Shown: positions 9,172 through 15,676, numbered from the stretch's first letter. The stretch is 25,860 nucleotides of DNA from a virus (IMGVR_UViG_3300020234_000034:1-25860), one strand, 5' to 3'. Translations and numbers: made by a program. The notes: generated by a model not told the origin, from the sequence alone.

Positions 9172-9263
9172 TTAACATCTCCTTATGATTGATTTATATA
9201 ATTGTAACAATAATAAATATAATATTATATATTTAATCGACCACCTCTTTTGTTTTTTTTGTT

Positions 9264-9467
9264 TTATAAAAAATCAAGAGCATAACTAGCATAAAGAGCT
9301 TCATCAAGAGCATTACGAGCATCAAGAACTTTATCACAAGCTTCATCAAGAGCATGATCAGCTTTATCATAATCAGCACGAGCTTTATCACGAGCATCAA
9401 GAGCATCATTAGCTTTATCACGAGTTTTATTAAGAGTATCGTGAAGTTTTTCTATTTCTGTCTGCAT
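9264..9467 (-). CDS. 67-aa Ala/Asp-rich heptad-repeat (coiled-coil) protein
   Basis: Repeats DKA/DAL/DEA with a degenerate nucleotide repeat (ATCAAGAGCAT, AGCTTTATCA); AAGGAG RBS within the junction repeat. Confidence 0.7.
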   Translation of the reverse strand: MQTEIEKLHDTLNKTRDKANDALDARDKARADYDKADHALDEACDKVLDARNALDEALYASYALDFL

Positions 9468-9469
9468 AA

Positions 9470-9742
9470 TTAATTCTCCTTATCTATGTTTTGCATTACA
9501 TCCAGCATTCTTATGTGATCGTAAGGCGAATCAAGCGCATCACACAAAGCCTCTTCTAGCCGTATAATTGAGTCAGTGTCGGTGGTTGCAAAGCTGCCAT
9601 CTTCAGTACAAACATCACCAGCTCTATACTCGCAAACTAATACAGCCTGTTTTAAAACCTCTTTTACTTTTTTCTGTAACTGCTCTAACTCTTTTTTAGG
9701 AGTATACATTTCTCCATTGTGGTATATATCAACCATAATCAT
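9470..9742 (-). CDS. Hypothetical phage protein (start probably ATG 9736)
   Basis: AAGGTGA RBS in the junction repeat; fills the gene array. Confidence 0.7.
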   Translation of the reverse strand: MIMVDIYHNGEMYTPKKELEQLQKKVKEVLKQAVLVCEYRAGDVCTEDGSFATTDTDSIIRLEEALCDALDSPYDHIRMLDVMQNIDKEN

Positions 9743-9762
9743 TCACCTTATTTGTTAAGCGC

Positions 9763-9981
9763 TCAATCTATCCATGAATTTTGTAGAACCTTAAACCCAC
9801 CAAAATAGCCTTTAGCTTTTTCAATGTCGTTTTCGTCTAGCGCCTGCTCAATCAGCTCAAGCCTAAAAATCTCGTGATCCAAAGACCATGCCCTACAATA
9901 ATCACTTTGAGCCGCACCTCTCATGGCTTTTAGGCTTTCTGGTGTGTCGATTTTAAAAACTAAAGTTACGTATTTATTCAT
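9763..9981 (-). CDS. Hypothetical phage protein
   Basis: AAGGTGA RBS in the junction repeat; 72 aa. Confidence 0.7.
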   Translation of the reverse strand: MNKYVTLVFKIDTPESLKAMRGAAQSDYCRAWSLDHEIFRLELIEQALDENDIEKAKGYFGGFKVLQNSWID

Positions 9982-10000
9982 AATTAATTCACCTTATCTT

Positions 10001-10255
10001 TTATGTGTATAAGTATTTCTTGATAAAATCACTTGCCTTTCTTATATCGTCAAATTCTTTTATTGTTTCAGTGAACCAGTAAGCATAAATTACAGCGCAA
10101 AACTTTTTATCCCCCATCCACATATAAGCCTCTATCCAATAATCAGATACACCACTTTTCTTTTTAGGTGTTGCATCTCTTATGATTCGCTTTTTGAGAA
10201 AATGGTAGTCAGCTATACCTTCTTGTATAGTCTCAATTTTTAATGTGCTCATCAT
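10001..10255 (-). CDS. Hypothetical phage protein
   Basis: AAGGAG RBS in the junction repeat; 84 aa. Confidence 0.7.
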   Translation of the reverse strand: MMSTLKIETIQEGIADYHFLKKRIIRDATPKKKSGVSDYWIEAYMWMGDKKFCAVIYAYWFTETIKEFDDIRKASDFIKKYLYT

Positions 10256-10264
10256 TCATTCTCC

Positions 10265-10474
10265 TTATCTGTTAAGCCTTTTTAGTTCTCGCTCAATGTT
10301 TGCCATCCAATCATCTAACTGCTTCATATGCTGCTTATGTGCTTTGATGGCTTTATGCTTGCACTGCCATATATGCCGTATTTGGCTTTCCATTTGATAC
10401 GGCATTAATCTCTCTCGCTCGTCAATCGGCAATTCATTCCACAATGAATCATGTTCGTTTGGTGGCTTTTTCAT
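10265..10474 (-). CDS. Hypothetical phage protein (start ATG 10474; track uses TTG 10480)
   Basis: AAGGTGA RBS in the junction repeat; the last codons LNR* are supplied by the next junction repeat. Confidence 0.7.
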   Translation of the reverse strand: MKKPPNEHDSLWNELPIDERERLMPYQMESQIRHIWQCKHKAIKAHKQHMKQLDDWMANIERELKRLNR

Positions 10475-10493
10475 AATCAATTCACCTTATCTG

Positions 10494-10613
10494 TTAAGCG
10501 TGTGGTTCCACTCTTTTAAACTGCAATACATTATCCGGCTTTTCCGGTGCTTCTGTCATAGCTAGGACAATTAAGGCGGGAGATATTGCCGCAAGTATTA
10601 TTAAGTTCTTCAT
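10494..10613 (-). CDS. 39-aa peptide with signal-peptide-like N-terminus; not in ORF track
   Basis: MKNLIILAAISPALIVLAMTEAPEKPDNVLQFKRVEPHA. AAAGGT RBS. Stop lies in the GCTTAAC of the junction repeat. Confidence 0.6.
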   Translation of the reverse strand: MKNLIILAAISPALIVLAMTEAPEKPDNVLQFKRVEPHA

Positions 10614-10629
10614 ACATTACCTTTACTTG

Positions 10630-11289
10630 TTATGGTGTAGGGGTTAACTCTTCTTTAGCGCACCTTTTAATATCTTCCATAGCCTTTTCATCGGTTTCAA
10701 AAAACCTTGGGGGTGAAACTTTTATCTCAGATGATGCGTTATAAATTTGCAAGGCAGCAAATCCAGTAGAAGTTTTACGTTCTAATTCCTTACCTTCTCT
10801 CCCTGCTAAATTAACCACCCATCCTGCTCGGCAATGCGTGGTTTCACATGTATGCCATGTGGACATATCCAAGGCGTTATCTTGTGATACAACCTCTAAT
10901 ACTTGGTTATGGATATTTTCTATTTTTGGGATTTTCATTCCTGCTTTTTTGTCGCCTGTTTGGCCAGAGCAGCGATAGCAGTCAAAGCAGTCAAAGCAGT
11001 CAGAGCAGTCAAAGCAGTCAGAGCAGTCAAAGCAGTCAGAGCAGTGAGAGCAGTCAGAGCAGTCAGAGCAGTCAGAGCAGTGAGAGCAGTCAGAGCAGTC
11101 ATAGCAGCCATAGCAGTCAAAGCAGTCAGAGCAGCCATAGCAGCCATAGCAGTTCCAGCAAGCTTTATTTGTTAAGTTGTCCTTTTCAAAGTTCGGGTGC
11201 AATTCTGCAAACTCCTTACTAACACCATTTTCGTTTCTATCTTCTCTTTTTAAGAAGTCTTTATAGTTTTCATAAATTTTAGTTTTCAT
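10630..11289 (-). CDS. Cys-repeat protein: 22 x Cxx plus a C-terminal 'WHTCETTHCRAGW' domain
   Basis: AAAGGT RBS. The repeat block is flanked by non-repetitive coding sequence. The C-terminal domain resembles the one usually fused to pentapeptide repeats in phage proteins. Confidence 0.85.
   Translation of the reverse strand: MKTKIYENYKDFLKREDRNENGVSKEFAELHPNFEKDNLTNKACWNCYGCYGCSDCFDCYGCYDCSDCSHCSDCSDCSDCSHCSDCFDCSDCFDCSDCFDCFDCYRCSGQTGDKKAGMKIPKIENIHNQVLEVVSQDNALDMSTWHTCETTHCRAGWVVNLAGREGKELERKTSTGFAALQIYNASSEIKVSPPRFFETDEKAMEDIKRCAKEELTPTP
10963..11160. repeat. 9-bp tandem repeat x22 (coding strand TGC-THT-VRC)
   Basis: Plus strand GCAGTCAAA/GCAGTCAGA/GCAGCCATA units, counted from the translation CWN...CSG. 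Confidence 0.95.
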
Positions 11290-11327
11290 ACATTACCTTT
11301 TAGGTTGATTTAGTTCTACGTTTCCCC

Positions 11328-11468
11328 TTACAACACCCTCTTATTAATGCTTCTAACAATTACATATTTACCAACATACCTAGAAGCAAGATTACTGCTT
11401 GTTTGTTTGTTGCCAAATAGTTCAGAAAGTTCTCTTGCTTGTCCGATTGTTAAATCATCAATATTCAT
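11328..11468 (-). pseudogene. Probably truncated/frameshifted conserved phage protein (DUF6948-like), 46 aa
   Basis: MNIDDLTIGQARELSELFG...VGKYVIVRS matches the N-terminus of a roughly 120-aa phage family recalled from memory. The frame stops soon after, while another frame continues EGVVRGNVE. Confidence 0.5.
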
Positions 11469-11482
11469 TGTGTACCCCTTTT

Positions 11483-11608
11483 TTATTTATAAATAGTAAA
11501 TATCATTAATGAGCCTCTACACTTAAAAGTACCTTTAGCACTGTATAAACCTTGAGCTATGAGCTTTTCTCTTAGTTCTCGATATGAACTAGCTGTTATC
11601 TTTATCAT
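11483..11608 (-). CDS. 41-aa hypothetical protein; not in ORF track
   Basis: MIKITASSYRELREKLIAQGLYSAKGTFKCRGSLMIFTIYK; AGGAG RBS. Confidence 0.55.
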   Translation of the reverse strand: MIKITASSYRELREKLIAQGLYSAKGTFKCRGSLMIFTIYK

Positions 11609-11759
11609 TGTATTCTCCTAATACCATCACCATTCCTTCTCTAACAAGCTGCGAGAAGGTTTTACCTGTTTTACGTGCTAGCGCCTTAACTTTAAGTATC
11701 AAGCTCCTAGGCGCTCTTACGTCCATTTTAACGGCTCTTTCTTCTTCTGATACTTTCAT
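11589..11759 (-). CDS. Ribbon-helix-helix (Arc/CopG-like) DNA-binding protein, 56 aa; not in ORF track
   Basis: KMDVRAPRSLILKVKALARKTGKTFSQLVREGM shows a beta strand, helix A, a G-x-T/S turn and helix B; GAGGT RBS. Confidence 0.75.
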   Translation of the reverse strand: MKVSEEERAVKMDVRAPRSLILKVKALARKTGKTFSQLVREGMVMVLGEYNDKDNS

Positions 11760-11794
11760 TAATACCTCTTTTATTTTCGTGTCATACTTTTTTT

Positions 11795-11820
11795 AAATAA
11801 GGTAATTGCTTACTTTATTT
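11795..11820 (-). terminator. Intergenic hairpin (weak terminator or processing site)
   Basis: AAATAAAGTAA-GCAA-TTACCTTATTT, an 11-bp AT-rich stem with one mismatch and a GNRA loop on the minus strand. Confidence 0.3.
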
Positions 11821-11829
11821 AGTTTTAGT

Positions 11830-12060
11830 TTAATACTGAATTTCAACCGCAGGTTTTTTGTTTTTGTAACTTCTCATTACTGCGTTTTTTTTGACATCTA
11901 AAAATATTTTATTGTTGTTTTCCCCGAAATTTGATTTCATAAGATTTTTTTCTTCTTGCAAAATGTTCAAAATTTCGTTGCTAATATATACTCGCTCCAT
12001 GTCGTTTTTAACCCATTCTTTTCCACCTAGATCTATAATTTTGCTTTTTAAATCATCCAT
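11830..12060 (-). CDS. Hypothetical phage protein (GGKEWVKNDMERVYI motif)
   Basis: AAGGGG RBS; has its own upstream promoter. Confidence 0.75.
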   Translation of the reverse strand: MDDLKSKIIDLGGKEWVKNDMERVYISNEILNILQEEKNLMKSNFGENNNKIFLDVKKNAVMRSYKNKKPAVEIQY

Positions 12061-12091
12061 TTTGTTTTCCCCTTTGTTTGTATGGTTCCTA

Positions 12092-12122
12092 TTGTACGCA
12101 CATTATAGTATTTGTACACACA
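12092..12122 (-). promoter_or_regulatory. TATAAT -10 element flanked by direct repeats TGTGYGTACAA (operator candidate)
   Basis: Plus strand TTGTACGCACA 12092-12102 and TTGTACACACA 12112-12122 (20-bp period); TATAAT on minus strand at 12102-12107. Confidence 0.55.
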
Positions 12123-12148
12123 AACTATATACCAATATCTTATAAAAA

Positions 12149-12325
12149 CTACTTTCTGCCTATGAAATGGTTATAAGCATTCTTGATAGCTTCAGACTCG
12201 GAGCTAAACATTCCTAGCGGCTTGGCTGTAGGGCTAAATACATGATACAAAACTCCTTTTACCTGCCCTATCGAATAGCCTTCAGCTAATACTTTTTTAT
12301 ACTTATTCTCAGTTTCGGGAGTCAT
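12149..12325 (-). CDS. 58-aa hypothetical protein; not in ORF track
   Basis: MTPETENKYKKVLAEGYSIGQVKGVLYHVFSPTAKPLGMFSSESEAIKNAYNHFIGRK; overlaps the end of ninG and fills the gap. Confidence 0.55.
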   Translation of the reverse strand: MTPETENKYKKVLAEGYSIGQVKGVLYHVFSPTAKPLGMFSSESEAIKNAYNHFIGRK

Positions 12326-12866
12326 GACGCTTTTTTAATATCCTTGCTTTTTTGTTAAATATCCTTTTTACCCTTTCACAGTAAACACGATCAAACTTTT
12401 TATAAGCGTTGTTAGTCTCGATTGCCTCAACCTTTTCTAGCCCTATTCGCTTAATTAATCGAGGTCTATATTCTACGATATTTCCCGATAAGTAACGATT
12501 ACAGTGCTTACATTGCTTATGGTTGTTATCTAGGTTAAATCTTAAGTGTGGGGCGCTTCCTCTGCTCCTGTAGTGGCCAGCATCCCATTCATTTGGGTCT
12601 TGGTTAGCTGGTTTGTCACAGCTTATACAAGGATTATCAATGTCTCTCAGGCGTACATAAGTATTTATACTTACTTGAGCCTCAGCTATCCATTCTGATA
12701 TTTTCTTATTCTCTTTGCGATACTCTAGCTTATCCTTTCGCGCTTTCTTCTTCTTATTCTGGCTAACTAATTCTAAGGCGCATTTAGGAGAGCAAACTTT
12801 AGTAAGTGAGTTAAACGGCTGAAACTTAGCTTTACATACAGCACACTTCTTAAGCTTAACTTTCAC
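12309..12866 (-). CDS. ninG: NinG/Rap family structure-specific endonuclease
   Basis: KKCAVCK...VCSPKCA zinc motif; YVRLRD..PCISC, WDAGHYRSRG...LRF...N.HKQC..CN..LSGN. GTG start at 12866 overlaps the upstream TGA. Confidence 0.95.
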   Translation of the reverse strand: MKVKLKKCAVCKAKFQPFNSLTKVCSPKCALELVSQNKKKKARKDKLEYRKENKKISEWIAEAQVSINTYVRLRDIDNPCISCDKPANQDPNEWDAGHYRSRGSAPHLRFNLDNNHKQCKHCNRYLSGNIVEYRPRLIKRIGLEKVEAIETNNAYKKFDRVYCERVKRIFNKKARILKKRHDSRN

Positions 12867-12931
12867 CAATCAGCCCCCGCTAAGATAAAAAGTAGTATTA
12901 GTGTAAAGCCTATTATTATTTCTTTAGTCAT
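12863..12931 (-). CDS. 22-aa hydrophobic peptide (MTKEIIIGFTLILLFILAGADW)
   Basis: Overlaps the MTase stop and the ninG start (GTGA coupling). Confidence 0.4.
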   Translation of the reverse strand: MTKEIIIGFTLILLFILAGADW

Positions 12932-13679
12932 TATGTGATTCCATTATCGCCCGGCCAATTAATTCTGGAATTTGAGGAACAACAGCATTACCTAAGCATC
13001 CAAATCTGTGTGTAACATCGGGAACCCCATTAGAATCTCTACCCATTTGGCTTCCATCCACTGCCCATCCAAATCTGGAAAGATGGTCGGCCCCCATTCT
13101 TCTATGTTCGAGTGATAATCTTCTCGAGTCCACCACTTGCGCCACATGCTTTTCCTTGGGGTAGGACAATATCCATACTCTGTCTCTAATCGTGGGTATT
13201 CCAACAAAGTCAGGCTGTATACAGTGCCATTCCGCATCATACCCGACCTCGGAAATGTCTGAGAGAACTCGTTGAAACCATCCTCCGCTGTCTCCAGAAA
13301 GGAGTGCTGTGACGTTTTCATATATTGCATATTTGGGCTGAATCTCCCTAAGTAGACGGGCGCACTCGCTCCACAAGCCCGACCTGGTTCCCTCTTCAAT
13401 ACCGGCTTGATTTCCTGCAACACTGATATCTTGGCAGGGGAATCCTCCTGAAATAACGTCAATTGGTCCTCTGTAGATTTCTTGTCCATCGTCATAAAGC
13501 ACCTCATCTTTATAGTTAAGTTTTGTAACATCTTTAGCAATTGGAATACCGGGCCAATTCTTAGCTAATACCTTTCTTGGATAATCTTCTATCTCACAAA
13601 AAGCTATAGTTTCCATTCCGGAACTTTCTAAACCTAAGCTAAACCCCCCAATTCCTGCGAATGTGTCAAGCAATTTCAT
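12924..13679 (-). CDS. DNA (cytosine-5) methyltransferase, alpha polypeptide (lacks motif IX)
   Basis: Motif I FAGIGG, IV GFPCQ, VI ENV, VIII RDRVWI, X LGNAVVP; only 251 aa. Confidence 0.92.
   Translation of the reverse strand: MKLLDTFAGIGGFSLGLESSGMETIAFCEIEDYPRKVLAKNWPGIPIAKDVTKLNYKDEVLYDDGQEIYRGPIDVISGGFPCQDISVAGNQAGIEEGTRSGLWSECARLLREIQPKYAIYENVTALLSGDSGGWFQRVLSDISEVGYDAEWHCIQPDFVGIPTIRDRVWILSYPKEKHVAQVVDSRRLSLEHRRMGADHLSRFGWAVDGSQMGRDSNGVPDVTHRFGCLGNAVVPQIPELIGRAIMESHND
12992..13495 (-). CDS. Nested out-of-frame beta polypeptide of the C5 methyltransferase (M.EcoHK31I-type), 167 aa
   Basis: GAGGT RBS before ATG 13495. N-terminal QLTLFQEDSPA..., internal TFPRSGMMRNG and PTP, and C-terminal motif IX-like WVEILMGFP..HTD. 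Confidence 0.8.
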   Translation of the reverse strand: MTMDKKSTEDQLTLFQEDSPAKISVLQEIKPVLKREPGRACGASAPVYLGRFSPNMQYMKTSQHSFLETAEDGFNEFSQTFPRSGMMRNGTVYSLTLLEYPRLETEYGYCPTPRKSMWRKWWTREDYHSNIEEWGPTIFPDLDGQWMEAKWVEILMGFPMLHTDLDA

Positions 13680-13697
13680 TAATCAACCTCACTACGC

Positions 13698-14120
13698 TTA
13701 ATCAAACTCCAATACCTTAAGGAAATCTTGCTCTGTCATGCCTCTACCGTATCTACTTAGAAATGCGGTTACACATCGGCTAAATAGCTCTTGAAACTCT
13801 AATTCTTCCATTTCCTCAAAATTGATGCTTTTAGGCCAGTATTGAACAATAGGTTCGCCCCCTTTCTTGTCGGGTATAATCACCGTTTCAAAGTGACCGC
13901 CTAGCATTATCAGGTGCTTTCTCCATATTTCAGGGCATTCAAAGCAATCTTGAATATCAAAGGTTACATTTCTAAGCTCAAAGAATCGCTTCAAGTTTCG
14001 ATAATTCCTACCCTTAATACACTCTACCATTGCATCCGTTTCTATTTTTTTAAATAGCTTTTCTGCTTCTGGTGAGTCGGGGAATAAACCCCCGTTAGCT
14101 TTCTTGAATGTTGCTTTCAT
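13698..14120 (-). CDS. DUF1367 family protein (nin region)
   Basis: RNYRNLKRFF...WRKHLIMLGGHF...PKSINFEEMEELEFQELF pattern. Confidence 0.75.
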   Translation of the reverse strand: MKATFKKANGGLFPDSPEAEKLFKKIETDAMVECIKGRNYRNLKRFFELRNVTFDIQDCFECPEIWRKHLIMLGGHFETVIIPDKKGGEPIVQYWPKSINFEEMEELEFQELFSRCVTAFLSRYGRGMTEQDFLKVLEFD

Positions 14121-14202
14121 TTACAAAATCCTGTACATCACTCAATAAAATAACCGTTTCTCTTATTAGGTCTTCATACTCTTCTAGTAGATTGTCAATC
14201 AT
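14095..14202 (-). CDS. 35-aa acidic peptide; not in ORF track
   Basis: MIDNLLEEYEDLIRETVILLSDVQDFVNESNIQES; ATGA-coupled to the upstream ORF. Confidence 0.4.
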   Translation of the reverse strand: MIDNLLEEYEDLIRETVILLSDVQDFVNESNIQES

Positions 14203-14348
14203 ATTTTACAATGCCTCACTAGCATCTCTTTACTAACAAGCCCGTATTGATAAAGCTCTCTAATACACTTATGCCTAGCCTTGATCGCTCTAATTCTAGC
14301 CATTTGCTCTTTAGTTAAATTAGGGATATCTATTTTTTGCTGTCTCAT
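14199..14348 (-). CDS. 49-aa basic hypothetical protein; not in ORF track
   Basis: MRQQKIDIPNLTKEQMARIRAIKARHKCIRELYQYGLVSKEMLVRHCKI; ATGA overlaps at both ends. Confidence 0.55.
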   Translation of the reverse strand: MRQQKIDIPNLTKEQMARIRAIKARHKCIRELYQYGLVSKEMLVRHCKI

Positions 14349-15676
14349 CCGTTAAAACCTCCACTATTTGATTGCTCTTTGTGCGGCTCATAATTTGTAT
14401 TGGGTAGTAAATTGTCGAACCTGCTTAAGTGTAACTGGCTAGAAAGCAAGTCCGAACCCGTTTCACCGTTTCTAAACTTAGCAGTATTAAATTCAGCTAC
14501 GCCTTTGTTATTAAACCCGTCAGGATAATAAACCTCATCCCTATATATAAATCCTATAATATCGGCATCCTGCTCAATTGCTCCCGATTCGCGTAAATCA
14601 GACATAAGAGGGCGTTTATCCTTTCTAGCCTCTAACCCTCTGTTTAATTGGCTTAGAGCTATTACAGGGCATCCCAATTCCTTAGCTAGTAGTTTTAAAC
14701 CTCTCGATATCTCGGTTATTTGATTAGTTCTACCCTCTTTAGACTTACTAGAAATAAGCTGAAGATAATCAATAACGACTAAATCAATGGAACCATGTTT
14801 AATTTGATGGCGTTTACATTTAACAGTTATTGTTTGAACTGTCTGATAACCACTATCATCTATAAATCTTTTCTTGTCCTTCATTTGGCTCATAGCAAGA
14901 GTTAAAGTGGACCAGTGCTCTTCTTGTAAATCACCAGTTTTTAATCTCTGTAGATGAATTTTAGACAGGCTGGCTAGTGATTTGTCTAATAATTGCTGCC
15001 TTGGCATTTCCATACTAAATACAAGAACATTCTTGCCGATCATCGCGTTATGATCAGCTATATTAATAGCTAGTGTCGTCTTACCCATTGCTGGCCTTCC
15101 GGCTAAAATGACTAAATCAGCAGGTTTAAAACCATAAAATCTTGCATCTAAATCATCAAAACCAGTCGATAAACCATCAATCCCTTTGTTATCCATTCTG
15201 CGCTGCAATTCATCAAGATAACTGCCTAATTCCTCATTAATTCCTACCTCTTTAGAATCACCCTTTTCATTGAACTTATTTATCAAATTTTGGGCTTTTC
15301 CTAATTTCTCATCAAAGTCACCGTAGGATTCGCCTATTAATGCTATTTCCTGCCCCATAGCGGTTAATTCAGCACTTAGGCTATCCCTACGTATTACCTT
15401 GGCATAAATATCACTGTTAGAGGCTGAAAAGTAGCTATTAAGGATTTCGACTAATATATCAAAAATGATGGTGTTTTCAGGATGATGTTTAGTTATGTAA
15501 TCAAAGAATGTGGTTGTGTCGATAAATTGGTTAGATGCTTGCATGTTTAGCAAACCTTCCCAAAGTAATGAATGATTATGGTTTAGGAAGTCTTCGGGCT
15601 TTAAATCTACCTCGATTAGCTGTTTAGAGTCTCTAACCATGTTCCCAATTATATTGATTTCTGCTTCATTGCTCAT
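14345..15676 (-). CDS. dnaB: Replicative DnaB-like helicase
   Basis: Walker A AGRPAMGKT, FSMEM, VVIDYLQL, ALSQLNR, SDLRESGAIEQDAD, AKFRNGETG. Confidence 0.97.
   Translation of the reverse strand: MSNEAEINIIGNMVRDSKQLIEVDLKPEDFLNHNHSLLWEGLLNMQASNQFIDTTTFFDYITKHHPENTIIFDILVEILNSYFSASNSDIYAKVIRRDSLSAELTAMGQEIALIGESYGDFDEKLGKAQNLINKFNEKGDSKEVGINEELGSYLDELQRRMDNKGIDGLSTGFDDLDARFYGFKPADLVILAGRPAMGKTTLAINIADHNAMIGKNVLVFSMEMPRQQLLDKSLASLSKIHLQRLKTGDLQEEHWSTLTLAMSQMKDKKRFIDDSGYQTVQTITVKCKRHQIKHGSIDLVVIDYLQLISSKSKEGRTNQITEISRGLKLLAKELGCPVIALSQLNRGLEARKDKRPLMSDLRESGAIEQDADIIGFIYRDEVYYPDGFNNKGVAEFNTAKFRNGETGSDLLSSQLHLSRFDNLLPNTNYEPHKEQSNSGGFNG

Larger units (their letters stand above)
9465..10500 (-). 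repeat. Five dispersed gene-junction repeats, consensus (GCTTAAC)AGATAAGGWGAATTRATTATG
   Basis: Copies at 9465-9485, 9734-9761, 9979-9999, 10253-10277 and 10472-10500. Each ends at the ATG of a small gene. Confidence 0.85.
10609..11300. repeat. 16-bp perfect direct repeat TTCATACATTACCTTT bracketing the Cys-repeat gene
   Basis: Copies at 10609-10624 and 11285-11300; on the minus strand AAAGGTAATGTATGAA (RBS plus start). Confidence 0.85.

Noticed and set aside
9233-9421. Met/Leu-rich 62-aa ORF (-)
   Set aside because: Alternative frame of the repeat-derived 9264-9467 gene, which has the RBS.
9734-10500. Integron attC sites (junction repeat contains GCTTAAC = RYYYAAC)
   Set aside because: No paired GTTRRRY downstream in the coding direction, no attC-type imperfect palindrome and no integron integrase. 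Kept only as a linker repeat.
10963-11160. Possible CRISPR array or DGR variable region (differences fit A-to-N changes from TGC TAT AAC)
   Set aside because: The units are 9 bp with no spacers. There is no reverse transcriptase or template repeat in the window, and slippage explains the pattern.
10848-11222. ORFs 10848-11222 (+, SSQ repeats), 10903-11175 (+, AVR repeats) and 10935-11147 (-, TAL repeats)
   Set aside because: Shadow frames left open by the stop-free 9-bp repeat. Only the Cys frame has a strong RBS and a sensible flanking domain.
9576-12145. + strand ORFs 9576-9758, 11608-11796 and 11891-12145
   Set aside because: Antisense to well-supported leftward genes, including the RHH gene.
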